Of a DNA stretch of 57,787 bases, positions 1 through 12,463 are shown piece after piece. The notes below the pieces were generated by a model. That model ran no database searches and was not told the origin of the DNA. It saw nothing but the letters and a program-made list of their open reading frames with translations. The DNA comes from Perkinsus olseni. Taxonomy: Eukaryota. How positions within the stretch are numbered: the stretch's first letter is position 1; each line of letters starts with the position of its first letter. The position numbers and the translations under genes are program-made. The DNA lies in assembly GCA_013115125.1 (NCBI GenBank), contig JABANN010000172.1:1-57787 (forward strand), given 5' to 3'.

Positions 1-665
1 GGGCGAACCCAGCAGGCCAGGGGTCGAATCCACCCCTATGGGGGGTAGATTCTGCCCCTGTATGAAGCCCTGAAGACCAAGATAAGGCGCGCCTCACAAT
101 AGCCTGATTCATCAGTGAATACATCACACCGCTAACATACGGCTGGCCGATGAAGCCCAGCAAGCCCCCGATAGCTGAAAGGAAGGGCAACGAGATGTCA
201 GTGGGGGCGACGGAGGCAGCATAGGACCTACCGTCGCCTAGGCCGCCGAACATTAGTAAACTCCACTTGCCACGCACTGACCATACGAAGTCTGCCTGCT
301 CTTTAGGAGTCACTTTGAAGGTGTACCGTCGACTGAGGAATACCTCGAAAAAGTAGTCGGGGTTTTAACCATTTGACGAGTCGCCCGCTCACCGTGCTCC
401 AAACGATAACGTAGACAACGGCATTGAGAACGGCAGTGAAGAAGTCGTATTCGCCCAACGGCACCTGAGCTCTTGTGGAAGACAAGACGTAACAGGGACC
501 ACCTACAGCCCTCATTCGACCAAGAAGGTTGTTGAATGCGCCAAGGACGACCACAGCCAGCATCAACAACGGCACTGTGTAGTCGAAGCCTTGGACCATG
601 GGAGCAGGGGGCGCCGATGATTCCTGGATGGCCTCTTCTTCCGCCGACTGGAAAGACTGAACCAT
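1..665 (-). CDS. CRT-like (chloroquine resistance transporter / plant CLT family) membrane transporter, multi-exon, 3' end runs off window
   Basis: Spliced reading gives LLMLAVVVLGAFNNLLGRMRAV|PLGEYDFFTAVLNAVVYVIVWST...WKWSLLMFGGLGD...LLGFIGQPYVSGVMYSLMNQAI. This follows the TM pattern of CRT/CLT proteins. Short GT-AG introns. Confidence 0.65.
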
Positions 666-1286
666 TCAAAATGATGACTGTAACCACCGGTGGCAGACAG
701 AAAGATATCGCGCGAGGTACCGAGATGAAACGGCAAGCCGTGGCGCGACCTCGGACTGGAAACACAACCCGGCAGTGAAGAAGAAGGCATTGACTCGTGC
801 ATGGTAATATCTCAGGCTGATGCTCGGTAGTTGTGGTACTTCGACGGCACTATTTTGGACGCGGCGTTGCCTTTAGAACCTGAAGCGGGAATACGTTGAA
901 TGACACCAACCAGAAGGTGAGCATGGACCCTGTTGGCGACAACAACGCATAACCCAGGCAAAGACTATCCCAGGCGGCGAATCGGGGAGTACTCCAGTCT
1001 CTTACACGGCCACAGTGGGGTGCGAAGGTTAAGTGAAGTACCACCCACCCATGCTATTGGAGCACTCAGTACGCTCGTCAGTCGAAGAGCTCAGGCGATG
1101 CCGAAACATGCCTGTGTTACTCGCCTCGGAAGGAGGAAGAAAATAGCGATTATCGACAGGGTTAGTCGGAATGAAAACAATACTCTACGAAAAGTGGTCA
1201 AGACTCGAGGGGTGGGTTACTGGCCAAGGCCCACTGGACAAGACAACTGTGAACTCACACAGAGTGTCGAATCAATCTCTCGGTTT

Positions 1287-2022
1287 TTATTTTCGAAGGT
1301 GTAGCGAACGCCTTGAGGGATGATGATGGTTACATGTGGGCGGCACGGTATCCTGAGGGGTAGAATAGGGGCCCGGCCGTTCCTGCTGCTGACCTCGTTT
1401 TCTTGCCCATGCGGCACTCAAGCTCGTCGGCTGCGCAGTGCAGAACAGTGACGAAGACATCTCCGACGTTGTAGCGGTCCTCAGGCGTCGAATAGCCCTG
1501 AAGAACACCTTGCCCGAGAGCCAGCAGCAGCGGTTCCAGCCTACCGCTTGGATCTGCATCAATTCCGAGGTGAAGTCAACGTAGCCACTCTTGTCCGGAA
1601 ATAGGGGCACAGATGAGACTCCAACGGCCAGCTGGTGTTCAGGTTGGCCTAGTTTCCTGAAGGCAGCCGATCAACTCCGTGAACCAGCTCATGCTTCCTT
1701 GTTTCTTACCGCGCTTCGAGATCACGGTAGGCAATGACCTTTATTTTCTTGAAGTCCGCCGGCGGGTCTGTAGTCTTGATCTGAGCATACAACGTCACAA
1801 GAAATGCCCGGCACTGGCGCTGACTGACAGCACATGAAGTCGATTCGGCCTGCGGGCGGGCGCCGATTTCCTAAACTTCTCCCAGCTGCTCATCGAGAGG
1901 GCATCCGACGGTGGTCGCTCCGGCTCCGTAGCAACGCCCGACTCCTCGTAGTCTTGCTGCAGACTTCGGGACATAGTCAGTCTCGCCGGCAAACACGATA
2001 CCCTGGGAGACGGGACAGTCAC
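1287..2022 (-). CDS. hypothetical multi-exon protein
   Basis: Consecutive minus-strand ORFs 1795-2022 and 1287-1610 separated by intron-like gaps. No recognisable family; boundaries uncertain. Confidence 0.3.
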
Positions 2023-2189
2023 TAAGAGGTACTCACTGGTAGCTCAGCAGTGCCCGTGAGGAGACTAAACACGGCATTTCGCAGGCATAGTGACATGTGG
2101 CACAGTCATGATAAGACAAGGAAGGGAGTTCATCACGCGGCCGCCTATCCTCCGCCAGCCTTCAACCCGTACCCTCCGTTGCACAATGG

Positions 2190-3563
2190 TCACCCACGGG
2201 AACCAGGAAGGGCTTTAAAACCTTCCATAAAATGATCGTCGACTTCTTGCTGGACAACTGGGCCGTCTAGGGCAGTTATAACCGTACCCTCACCCAGAGC
2301 CTCTTGTACCAGCCGCCGCCCGGGTGTCTCCGCGGCCACCGTCACAGTCGCCACGACGTGGAGGCCAGATGCTTTGAATAGCTGGATAGCAGCACACATG
2401 GTGTGCCCAGTCTCGATCCACTGGTCGACGATGATGACACCGGACCTCTCGCCTTCGAGGGGAACGGTTAACGGCATTCGGATTTCGAGGGTCTTGGCCT
2501 TGCCAGAGTAGTCCACGTAGTCAGCGGCGATGGTGTTAACACAGAGCTTGTTGGCCTTGCGGATGATGACGAAGGGAACGCCCAGCAGAGCACTGAGGGC
2601 ACCACCGGTGATGAATCCAGTAGCATCGATACCCGCAATGGCAGCGATCCTCCCTTCCCCGACTGCGCTGACGGTCTTCTCTCGCAAGTCCTTGAGTAAG
2701 GCAGGCCAACCGTACGCATCGCCGTAAATGGCCGAGGGGTCGAGCCAGGCATACTCCGACAAGGGCTCCCTCACCCGAGGCTGCATGATACCGGTGTACC
2801 AGGGGTAGCCTCGGCACTTGGACACAAGCTGGCGGACCTTACCGACGTCAAACTGGTGGAAGGACTTCGAGACGCCGGTTGCAACGATGACACAATCCAC
2901 GTACGGTAGGTAGCTGTCCACGTTGTCGGGGGTGACACCAGAGGCGATCGCGAGGGCGCTGGTGTCGGCCGCCCGACGAAATTGGACAATCTTATCGACA
3001 TCAGCAGCAACACCAGTGGCTGCGCCGGATGTTACGATAACGTCCATGAAAGAGGCCGCCAAGGAAACGGCCTTCGCCCAGCCCTCTTGGGGCACGACTC
3101 GCTGCTTCTTGAAGGCGACTCCGCCAAAGTAAAGCGGAATGGTCGGGCACGTAGACCGGACACGGGCGATTCTCTCGGCGTCGACCTGCTCGCCTTCTGC
3201 AAGGCGTTCGTCGATTCGTGCGTCGTCGGCCCAGTAAGCATCGATTTTGCAGTCTCCAACTCCGCTGAGCAAAGGTAGGGCTGCATCAGCCGTCACCGCC
3301 AGGCAGTTGACGCCAAGGAAGAGCCGGTCACCGATGGCTTCTCGGACCGAAGTTATGATAGAGAAGAAGTCGGGGTCGATGGGCAGTGTAGAGACAGAGC
3401 CATCATCGTTCTCTACTTGGTTAATGAGGAGGATGCCATTAGCTCCCGAGGCCACTGCGATCTTGGCCTGCTCTACGGCTTGCTCACAGCTCTTGCAGTG
3501 GATGACGAGGAGGACGACGCAGGAAGAGTCAGCGAACAGATCGTGGAAGGCCCCGCGATGCAT
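2190..3563 (-). CDS. BtpA/SgcQ-like TIM-barrel domain fused to adenine phosphoribosyltransferase-like (type I PRTase) domain; intronless
   Basis: 457 aa ORF. N-half: LLVIH..GANGILLIN..LGVNCL..FGGVAFKKQ..DVIVTSGAATG..ASGVTPDNV..VIVATGV (BtpA-type). C-half: WLDPSAIY..IAGIDATGFITGG..FVIIRK..VIIVDQWIETGHT (PRPP-binding loop). Confidence 0.85.
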   Translation of the reverse strand: MHRGAFHDLFADSSCVVLLVIHCKSCEQAVEQAKIAVASGANGILLINQVENDDGSVSTLPIDPDFFSIITSVREAIGDRLFLGVNCLAVTADAALPLLSGVGDCKIDAYWADDARIDERLAEGEQVDAERIARVRSTCPTIPLYFGGVAFKKQRVVPQEGWAKAVSLAASFMDVIVTSGAATGVAADVDKIVQFRRAADTSALAIASGVTPDNVDSYLPYVDCVIVATGVSKSFHQFDVGKVRQLVSKCRGYPWYTGIMQPRVREPLSEYAWLDPSAIYGDAYGWPALLKDLREKTVSAVGEGRIAAIAGIDATGFITGGALSALLGVPFVIIRKANKLCVNTIAADYVDYSGKAKTLEIRMPLTVPLEGERSGVIIVDQWIETGHTMCAAIQLFKASGLHVVATVTVAAETPGRRLVQEALGEGTVITALDGPVVQQEVDDHFMEGFKALPGSRG

Positions 3564-4024
3564 TCAGGACTGGGACGACGACTGCGGACAGCAGACAACG
3601 ACGAATTAACAGGCTACTAGAACACCACAGAAGTGAGAATTAGATTAAACATGTTCCATGCTAATGGGCTGGCGCACGGTCAGTATACCACTCGTCCGTC
3701 AACTCAGCCTCTTACAAGGCTTACTAAGCATAGAATAATACATGCACTTCGAAATGTTGATGATGCGGCAGCAAGTCGTGGATGCTGCTGCTTATAGTGT
3801 TACATTGCGGACGTGTAAAAAATACACCCGAAGTCAGCATGCCAGGGCTTCTAGTCATCATCGCCTTCTTATCATCTTCAACTTGCTGCTCTATTCATAC
3901 TGTAATAGGCTACGGCATCTACGATGATCTGAACGGTAGACAACAGCATCAACAGCATGGAGCAGTTCAGCACTCACTTAGTAGTGGCAATCAGGCAACT
4001 TCTCCCAACACATTCATGCTGACT

Positions 4025-6745
4025 TCAAAGGCGGATGATCGCAGAAGGCCGGGCCTGCTGCTGCTGCTGCAGGTTCGGTGACCAAATAGAGGACACCAAG
4101 CTGGGCTGTGTGATGATTCTGCTGCTGACCAAAGGTGATTCCGGGACCGACTGAGCTGTCATCTGCCGCCACGACGCCACCTGAGGTAACCAGTGCGGTC
4201 TAGGCCTCCCTTCCCTCAGGATGAGAATTGCTTACCACCGGGCGTGGATGCTGAGGGGCTCCCTGCCTGCTGAGTTGTTGGGCGACTTTATTGGCGGCAC
4301 TCATGATCATGCGAGTTCCCATAACAGGGCTGGCGGGCATCGCCCCAATCGCCCTAGTGGCGGACTGCACTCTCACAGTGAAAGGTTGTGACACTGTGCC
4401 GGCATGTGATTGCTGCTGCTGTGCGGGCTGATAGTATGGCGATAGAAGACTTGGCGTCAACGGCGGCAAGCCAACTTGGAAGATCTGCCGATGAGCCACC
4501 GCAGGAGTCGGGGGTATGCTCGGAGGGCCCATATACACGACACGCTGACCCGAGGTGTGCGGTGCAGTAGTGGTAGTAGTCATAGAGGGAGTCACCGTAA
4601 CTGACAGAATGGATGACGGCCAAGTCTTGCCTGACTGCCGAACTTACCTGTCCCGCCGTATACCACCCTGCCAGTGTATGGCCGGGTAACCGGGGTGCTC
4701 TGTATCACACTGTGGTTGACCGACGAGGACGACGGCTGAGCACTCATGACCACCACTCTACGACCAACTTCTGCTGCTTGTTTCTGCCCATGCCCAGCAT
4801 TTTCAAGACGCACTGTGGTATCCAAGCCTGCTGCTGCTGATGACTTGTCGGTCCGGGTGGTGTCGTAAGCACGCATCGGCGTGCCGGGGAACCTCTGGGA
4901 GTCCGTCATAGTCTTGGCCTGGCAAGATGATGCTGCTGTGTGAGACGCTGCTGGTGGCGGAGGGGCTTGGAAGGCTCCGGTAATCCTGTAGCCGGGCGCC
5001 AGGACCCCGCCGTCCTCAGGTATGGTCGCAGCTGCAAGGGCCAGTTGATTAGCCACGCCGCACTCTTCAATATCAACCCCATCAAAGCCCGCCCAGGAGG
5101 GGATCTCGTCACTGTACTTGTGCAGGATGGAGGGGACCGACACTCTGGTCACGACGAGCTCCTCAAAAAGAGGCAGCAGGTCGAACAGGGCTGTGTCGTC
5201 CCCTTCGCTGTACCAAGGATATATGAAGATACCATGCTCAGGTTGCAGCATGAAGTTCTCCTTAACGTTATCGAGGATGATAGTCCGGTCCAGTTTACGA
5301 CCCAGCCTGGCCAAGTCCTTGACGAAAATAGGTCCCCACGGCAGGGCATGCTGGCGATACAACCGGTGATGCACCAGCACCCCAGGCAAGGTCTCCAGCT
5401 GGTCCACGACCCAGTCGGCGTAGTCCTGAGTAGCCGCTGTGAAGACCACAATCTCATACCCCAATGCTTGGAGCCTCGACAGGAATTCTACACAGCCAGG
5501 GCGCATCTCGAAGCGGCCGCCACTGCCCTCAGCCTCCGAGTAGTGGACCAAGGTCTCGTCCAGGTCGATAACGGCAGTATACCCGGACACACCGCTGTGA
5601 TGGGCTGGCAGTAGAGGCTTCATCCTGACCAGGTGCGGCAGCATCGGCGGCAGGGGCTCGAAGTGCGTCGTGATCAACACGGTGGACCTGTCCGAGGCCG
5701 CCGGCACTTTCTCGTAACGCTCATACACAGGCCCTTCGACTGGGCGGAACCTCAAGGCTTGCAGGAACCTTCCCCGGATGGTAGCAAAGGAGCTCTTGTG
5801 GGCTGTCTCGAGGACCTCAGTGACAAGCCTGCTGACCTGGTCCCCCAGAGTGCTCGTGGCGAAGGCAGCCCCGCGTACCCGACCGGGGGGTGGGCCCGAC
5901 AGAGACCTGCACATCTGCTTCAGGAGGTTCTCCGCCTCTTCGTTGTTCTGGGAGAGGGCGGTGAGGTGACCTGCCTTGCCCATAGCTCTATAGCGCTTAG
6001 CAAGATAGAGGATGTTGAGGTCGAAGTTGACGATGCTGTAGGGGTTGGTCTCGAAGTCGCCAGGGAACTCCACTGCCCTCTGGCACACGTAGTCCATGAG
6101 AAGGAGAACATTCTCATGTACATGCTGCAGTAAAGCCCTGAGCCTAGCCTTTACCACGAGCGGCACCAGCTGAGCCCACTCGGCAGACTGCGACGTTACA
6201 GCGCATACAATAGCACAGAGCGCCGCGGCGCACATCTCGAGGACCATGGCCATCTTGATCTGCCTCTTCAGGCGAGTGTCAACTACGGCTACCGAGCAAT
6301 ACTTGGACATAGTAAGACCAGCATCAAGAGCTGCCGTGTTGAAGTACTCTCGACAGAAGAAGGACACGTGGGTCGCGTCACAGCGGACCCCGTCCAGGAG
6401 ATTGAACGCCACATGCTCGGCACAGCTCAGCTGTTGCACTAGCACGTTCAGCAGCTTCTCGGCCTTCACGGGAGCCTTGCGGCTCGTAGCAGTGAATTGA
6501 ACCTCGTCACCACCAGGACCACCAGTGTCCCCAGCTACGGCTTCAACTCTGGCACTGGGAGTCTCTTCAAGAGTACTATTGGTACCATGCTTGCTGCTAG
6601 TAGCAGCAGTAACAACAACAGCTCCCGAGGGATCGCTACTCACGGCGGGAGGCAGTCTGCGCGGCATAGCCGCACGGACACGGGAGGAGGACCCTCTGTG
6701 CATTGTAACGTTGGAGTCAGTGAAGCGAGTTCCGCGAATGGTCAT
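4025..6745 (-). CDS. NIF/FCP1-SCP family HAD phosphatase (CTD small phosphatase-like) with long low-complexity extensions
   Basis: Motifs DLDETLVH, RPGCVEFL, IVVFTAATQDYADWVVD, LYRQH, KDLARLGR, ILDN. Two 3' introns (~4601-4648, ~4181-4235) extend the frame to TGA at 4025-4027. Confidence 0.88.
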
Positions 6746-7151
6746 AGGATACGTTTTGGGCAGAGGAGTAGGTGGAGGTGTGGTATGGCAATTTGGACAG
6801 TAACCGAAAAGACCCTATCACATACAGCGATCGCTCAATCACACAACAGAGCGTCCAAGGAGTATCCGAAATTGTGTCGAATCAACATGAACGCTAAGAT
6901 CATACTGCGCAGCGCATCGCCTCTCCTAAAGCCTGAGATAATCCTGGTCACTAGACACCCCAAGCCGCCCGGAATGGTGTATTGATCGAAACACGGGAAC
7001 ACAGTAGCAGTGGGAGGATAATAACACAAGTAACGGTTACAAATCTGACAACTGGAAACACCACGATCGCAGGAGGGACGGCGGATGGGAAGGCGGGTGG
7101 TCGTAGGAGCACCGAGCACCCGCACGTGACAGTAAGAGGCGCCTGTCATCC

Positions 7152-8645
7152 TCAGCGACTTGTAGTTGAGCTGGTGCTCGAAGACTCATCGGGCTGCTGC
7201 TTCGAGGAGGCCGGGCCATCAAGGGCGTTGGCCAAGAACTCGAAGGTCACACGATTCTTCCAGCTGCGACACAATGGACCTGAGAGACAGAGTCATCTTT
7301 TGCTCATACCAACAGTCTTACTACTACCACTAAAGAAGCCACAATGCCCTCCTCGAGAGCACCTAGCCACCACACAGCCAGGACTGTCCTTAGCCTCAGC
7401 CTCGTACTCCCACGTCGAGTACGGTGGGACCACCGGATCGTCATCAGCATACAGCAGTAACGTCGGCGTTTCTATCATCGACAGAGCCTTCAGTGCATAC
7501 AGACTCATCTCTCGGGCGTACTCTTCCACTGTCTTGTACCCCAGGAACTTTATGGTCACCAAATTGTGCCAAACCCAAGCGTTGGCCGGCATCAGCATAT
7601 TATAAAACTCCTTAGGACTTTGCCTTTGGCACATGACCTCGTCTATCAGCATCAGCTGCTTGTCACCGAGCGTGTCCCGCCATCTCGAATCAGGACTCTC
7701 TACGTACTTCCTCATGTTCTTCCACAACACTCCCATGTTGATCCAGTCGTATGGTAAGGGCTTAAGATGGTACATGCGATTCATCGCAGTCTCGTACGAG
7801 CACGGCCCAGAGAGGCAGACCACCCCAGCAACGACGCCGTTGAGCTCCTCTTTGTAGTGGCCCACGAGAGAGGACATCATGCTGGCCCCTAAGGAGAAGC
7901 CGCAGCCGAGCACCTTGGCCCGGGGGTATCTTTTATGTACATGCTGAACACACTGGGACAAATCCTTCACGCTGCGAGCATCCCAAGCCTCGGGAATCTG
8001 CTTCTCATCAGTCAGTTCCGAGCCTCCGAAACCCCGCCAATTCTTGCAAACAAACCGCCATTGCCGTCTGCAGCGACAGTAGTGTATCAAGGACTTCATG
8101 TAAGGGTTATGTGACTCCCCCACCACACCGGGCAAGAGAATCAGGACTGGCGCGTCTTCAGGAATCTCCTCTGCCTCTACGGCCCAATCCAAGGCGATCG
8201 TCCCGCCATCTTCCATTATCAAATCCTCCCTTTCAAATTCCACCGTGGCCCTCTTCAAGGCCAAGGTCATCCCGGGCCAGACTGCAAACATGGCCGACTG
8301 GCTGTGACCATCGAAGGCCGCAAAAGTCGGCCAGAAGCCCTTCCTAAGTGTATGACACCTTCGCACGATCCACGCAATCTTGTCCGAAAATTGAAGTCGC
8401 GGCGTCGAGTGGCCCGACCGAATGTACAACGTGGCTCCTAGGAGGACGAAAAGGAGAAACAGATTCCACAGCCATCTCAAGACGCCAGCCTGAAGGACGT
8501 AGTTGCCGCACTGAAGGCAGTCGGCGCAGCTGTCCGGAAGGGGTTTGTAGTAGGTCAGACCATAGAAGGCGAGGAGCAGGCCGGCATAGAGGACGAAGGC
8601 GAAGAACCCAAAGAATGGGACAGCCAGGGAGAAGTAAAACAACAT
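7152..8645 (-). CDS. alpha/beta hydrolase, ABHD1/2/3 (YheT/EHT1) family, N-terminal TM helices
   Basis: DGGTIALDW, LPGVVGES, NWRGFGG, GFSLGA nucleophile, ADDDPVVP, GGHCGF catalytic His. One 3' intron (~7280-7327) leads to TGA at 7152. Confidence 0.88.
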
Positions 8646-8785
8646 ACACTACTGCAGCAAGGCAGCACTGTGGGCGCACCTGCCGGGAAGCTTCAAATCA
8701 CTTTCGGGGGGGTGAACGCGAAAGAGCCATCATCTATGGACGCAGCATCCGCAAGGATACGCCGAGTCTCGGCCTAGAGTGAGCC

Positions 8786-9454
8786 CTATGCGTCTAAGTT
8801 GATGTTACGTTCAGTCTGGCTGATACGACGGAGTGGTTTCAGAAGGCCCGGGAGGGTCTCAGCGGTAAACCCGATGCAGACAAGTTCCGAGCCGCATCCG
8901 TTCACTTCCGATCGACTGTCCGCGAATAGCGATGAGACTATGGTATGACTGAAGAGCAAGGAAACCAGTGTTCTCGTGTCGGAGAATCGGCTGACCGCGC
9001 AGGTGGATATCTTGCAATCTTGCCAGATCTTGAATTCCCTTAGAGGCTTCCCCGGCTGGATCGTGTGACCGCGTGCGTGTTGCAGTAAATCAGGTTGGTG
9101 CATCCTCTCAGGATTTCCTAAAACTTCTCTATCGGGGCCAATGCCTTAGTATCACCCACCCTCACCCTCTGCAGAGGGTATCTTACCTTGGCTTTTGCGC
9201 ACTCGGAAGATTTTATGATACCCAGCGTAGGTGCGGTCGCAGTAGAAAGGGGGTCGTCCTTTCCTCACATAAAGGAGCGTCTTTCCTTCTGAGATTCTCC
9301 TTGAGGCCTCCCCTAGTGTAAGACTTCCTGTGCCAGTCCGTAGCTCGGCGCATCTTGCTAACCCTGATCGTCGCCTTGGACCGTTTGTTGTGCCTAGATA
9401 ACAGCCCAGCGGCCTCACTTGAATGACGGCGGCCAGGAAGAGCTGCTTCACCAT
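8786..9454 (-). CDS. possible small multi-exon hypothetical protein
   Basis: Adjacent minus ORFs 9152-9454 and 8786-9103 with a GTAAGA donor near 9187. No motif recognised. Confidence 0.2.
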
Positions 9455-9816
9455 CCTGAAAGGTGCATCACGGCGAGCTGGGTTGACCTCTCACTGTCTC
9501 ATCGTCGTTGCACTGGTGATAGGTTTCGTCCCTGCGGACCTTATCATCATCATCACCCGTACTACCCGCCTTGGAGGGAGGGGCTACTGCGCTGCTATTA
9601 ATCAGCGTCAGGAGGCGGCTGAGTCCTCGCTGGAATTGAGTTCATTGGTAGTGTTGAAAATGGCTCGGGATGCGAGGTGTGAACCTCTAGGCGCTTCTTA
9701 GCTTGACTCGCGTTAGATGCAGAATAGGTTACCGCATTATGCTTGTGCGTGTGTGCATGTTCTCACTTTGAGCTTTCAGTGTCCGTGCTGGCCCTCTTCT
9801 TCGCTACTTACGTGCT

Positions 9817-12160
9817 ATGTCTAGCAGCAGAGCAACACAGCGTGGACGCAGCGGCTCCTTCAACCACCACCATGACGACAAGGACTATCGACATCGAGAC
9901 TCAGGAAGCGGCCGGAGCTACCGGGCTGGCGGCTACGATCGTAAGGGGGCAGCGCCGGAATCCCGTCCTGCTGGTGGCCCCTCCGACGATATCCCGAGAA
10001 GTCGTTCGGACTATGTCCGTGATCGTGAGCTAAGGTCATCGTCTCGTGACTACCATCGTCATCATCAGCATGAGCACCGCAGAGGAGGCTCAAGGGAGGA
10101 CGACAGGCCGCATCGGGACTACGATCGCAGTCGCGAGGGCAGCAGTATGCGTGGTGACCGGCAAGGCTACAGACGTCACAGAAGCCGCAGTAGGAGTGTC
10201 AAGAGGTCTAGAAGTGCAAGTCACCACTCTGAGGACGTTGAGATGGACGAGAAGCTGGTCGACGCCTTGGAGTCTTCTATGGAGGCGATGGATGCCAACT
10301 CGGACGCGGCGATTCAGAAACGGCGAGAGGAGCGACGGAAGCTACAACGGCAACTGACGGAGCGGGAGATGGCCAAGAAACATGAAAGAGATATCAGCGC
10401 TAAGCCGTCCATTGGTAAGTCGGTCGGTGAGGGCAGGGCTGTTGCATTTGTCTTGTTGTTATTTCAGGCGGCAGCGTGAGTGTCACCAGCGGCAAGGAGA
10501 GCATAATGCTCGGCGCTGTGCCAAGCCCTGACGATGAGAGCGACAAGGGAATGATGTCCGTCAGCGACTTGAGCTCACCGTCTGTCCCTCACCCTAATGA
10601 GAATGAATCCCCTTCGTCATCAGACGAGACACCCGAGCGTGAAGAGGACAAGTCTTCGTCGACGTCTGCTGCTTTGGCTGCCGCTCTGCCGTCCGGGCTT
10701 GCAGCGCTGAAGGCCAAGATGGCTGCAACTCAAGCCAAGGCCCTGGCGGAGATCAGGCGCCTTAAGGAGGCTGCGGATGAGACCATGCGGCGAAAGGCGG
10801 CGGAAACTGCCAACGCCTTGGTGTCCGATGAGAAGGCTCAAGTGACTGACGCGGAGGTTAACATCATGTTGAAGAGGGCTAAGGAGATCTACGATGAGAG
10901 GTCGAAGCAGAAGGAGATGGGCGTACAAGAGGAGGATGGACAGAACGACGATAAGGAAGGGTAGGTATTGTTCTCTTACCTCCTCGACGTCCCCGTTCGA
11001 CCCCGTTTCTGCAGGTACTTCGTCCCCGGCCATCTCGAGACTATGGACGGTCGCTACGTCGTGCTCACCTCGAGCGACTCTGATGTCGGCAAGGGGGTCT
11101 TCTCAAACGTCGTTAAATGCAAGGATACGCAATCGTAAGCTTCCTGCCTGCTTCGCTCCGCTAGACATCGTTCTTTTTTAGGTTGCAAGATGTAGCCATC
11201 AAGGTCATCCGTCGCAACGACATGATGCGCAAGGCTGCCGAGAAGGAAGTCCGCATCCTCACCAAGCTCAATGACGCTGCCGATGAGACGATGGCCAAGG
11301 ACAAGTCCGGCCGAGATCGGAGCCACATCGTCCGCCTCCTTCGCACCTTCAACTACCAGGGTCATCTATGCCTGGTCTTCGAGTCCCTGTGGAGCAATCT
11401 CCGAGAGGCTATGAAGAAGTATGCTCGGCCGGGCGAGCGCGGTTTGAACCCGAAGGCGGTCTGGTCCTACTCTCGGCAGCTCCTGCTCGGTCTGAAGCAC
11501 ATGAAGAGCTGCAAGGTCATTCATGCTGACATCAAGCCTGATAATATTTTAATTTCAAAAAACCACGGCCACTTGAAGATTTGCGATCTTGGCAGTGCGT
11601 GCGAGATTCATGAGGCTCAGGAGATGGTCGAGTATCTTGTCTCAAGATTCTACCGGGCCCCTGAGATCATGCTGGGCTATCACAAGTACGATTATGCTAT
11701 CGACATGTGGGCGATTGGGTGCACTCTGTTCGAGCTGTGGACGGGAAAGATACTTTTCCAGGGTCGCAACAACAATGATATGCTGAAACAGATCCAGGAC
11801 GCCAAGGGGAAGTTCCCCCACAAACAGATCAGAGCTTCCAAGTTCGTGGAGATGCGCAACCACTTCAACGACCAATGTGACTTCCTATGGCAACAGAAGG
11901 GCGGTGGTGTGAAGGTCATTACTACCTTCACTCCGGGCTCGGACTCCCTTAAGGCGAGGATCCTGCACAGTACACGTAAGCTGTCGGACTCCGACCCGAA
12001 CAAGCGGTGGTTCGAGAACAAGACAAAACAGTTTGTTGACCTTGTGGAGCAGATGACCAACCTCAACCCGAAGCACAGAATCACTCCGGAAGAGGCCCTG
12101 GCCCATCCCTTCATCGTTGAGCCTTTTGAGCGGAGCGAAGGCCGAGCTCTCAAGCAGTAA
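9817..12160 (+). CDS. PRPF4B: PRP4 kinase (CMGC, spliceosomal)
   Basis: RS/RD-rich N-terminus. Spliced DDKEGYFVPGHLETMDGRY..GKGVFSNVVKC, VAIKVIRRNDMMRKAAEKE, HLCLVFESL, HADIKPDNIL, YLVSRFYRAPE. Introns 10415-10467, 10961-11014, 11135-11181. Confidence 0.92.
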
Positions 12161-12463
12161 TTTGGTATTGCCAGTAGTGCGTTATTAAAGTCTGGAAGTA
12201 GTTCTCTAGTACAGTGAGGAGGATGGTGAGCAAGAAAATGTATAATATTTTGTCACGATTATCGCACCTTCGTGTTGGGTTAGTTACCTTCAGGATCGCA
12301 GCTTTGACGCTTCGTAGCTGTCCAGTTTCGACCAGTAGGATAGGGATAGATAACGGAATAGTGTGGAATTTGTTACAGACCTGTTCACGGCAAGCCCTCT
12401 AGGAGCTGGTTCCTGTCTTGGGCGACTCTGAATTCCTGCGCAGCTTTCGAAGTTGGTTACGTG

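Noticed and set aside
4940-6500. Long plus-strand ORFs antisense to the phosphatase (similarly 19318-20151, 28280-29089, 52431-54104)
   Set aside because: Shadow ORFs of GC-rich coding sequence with no motifs.
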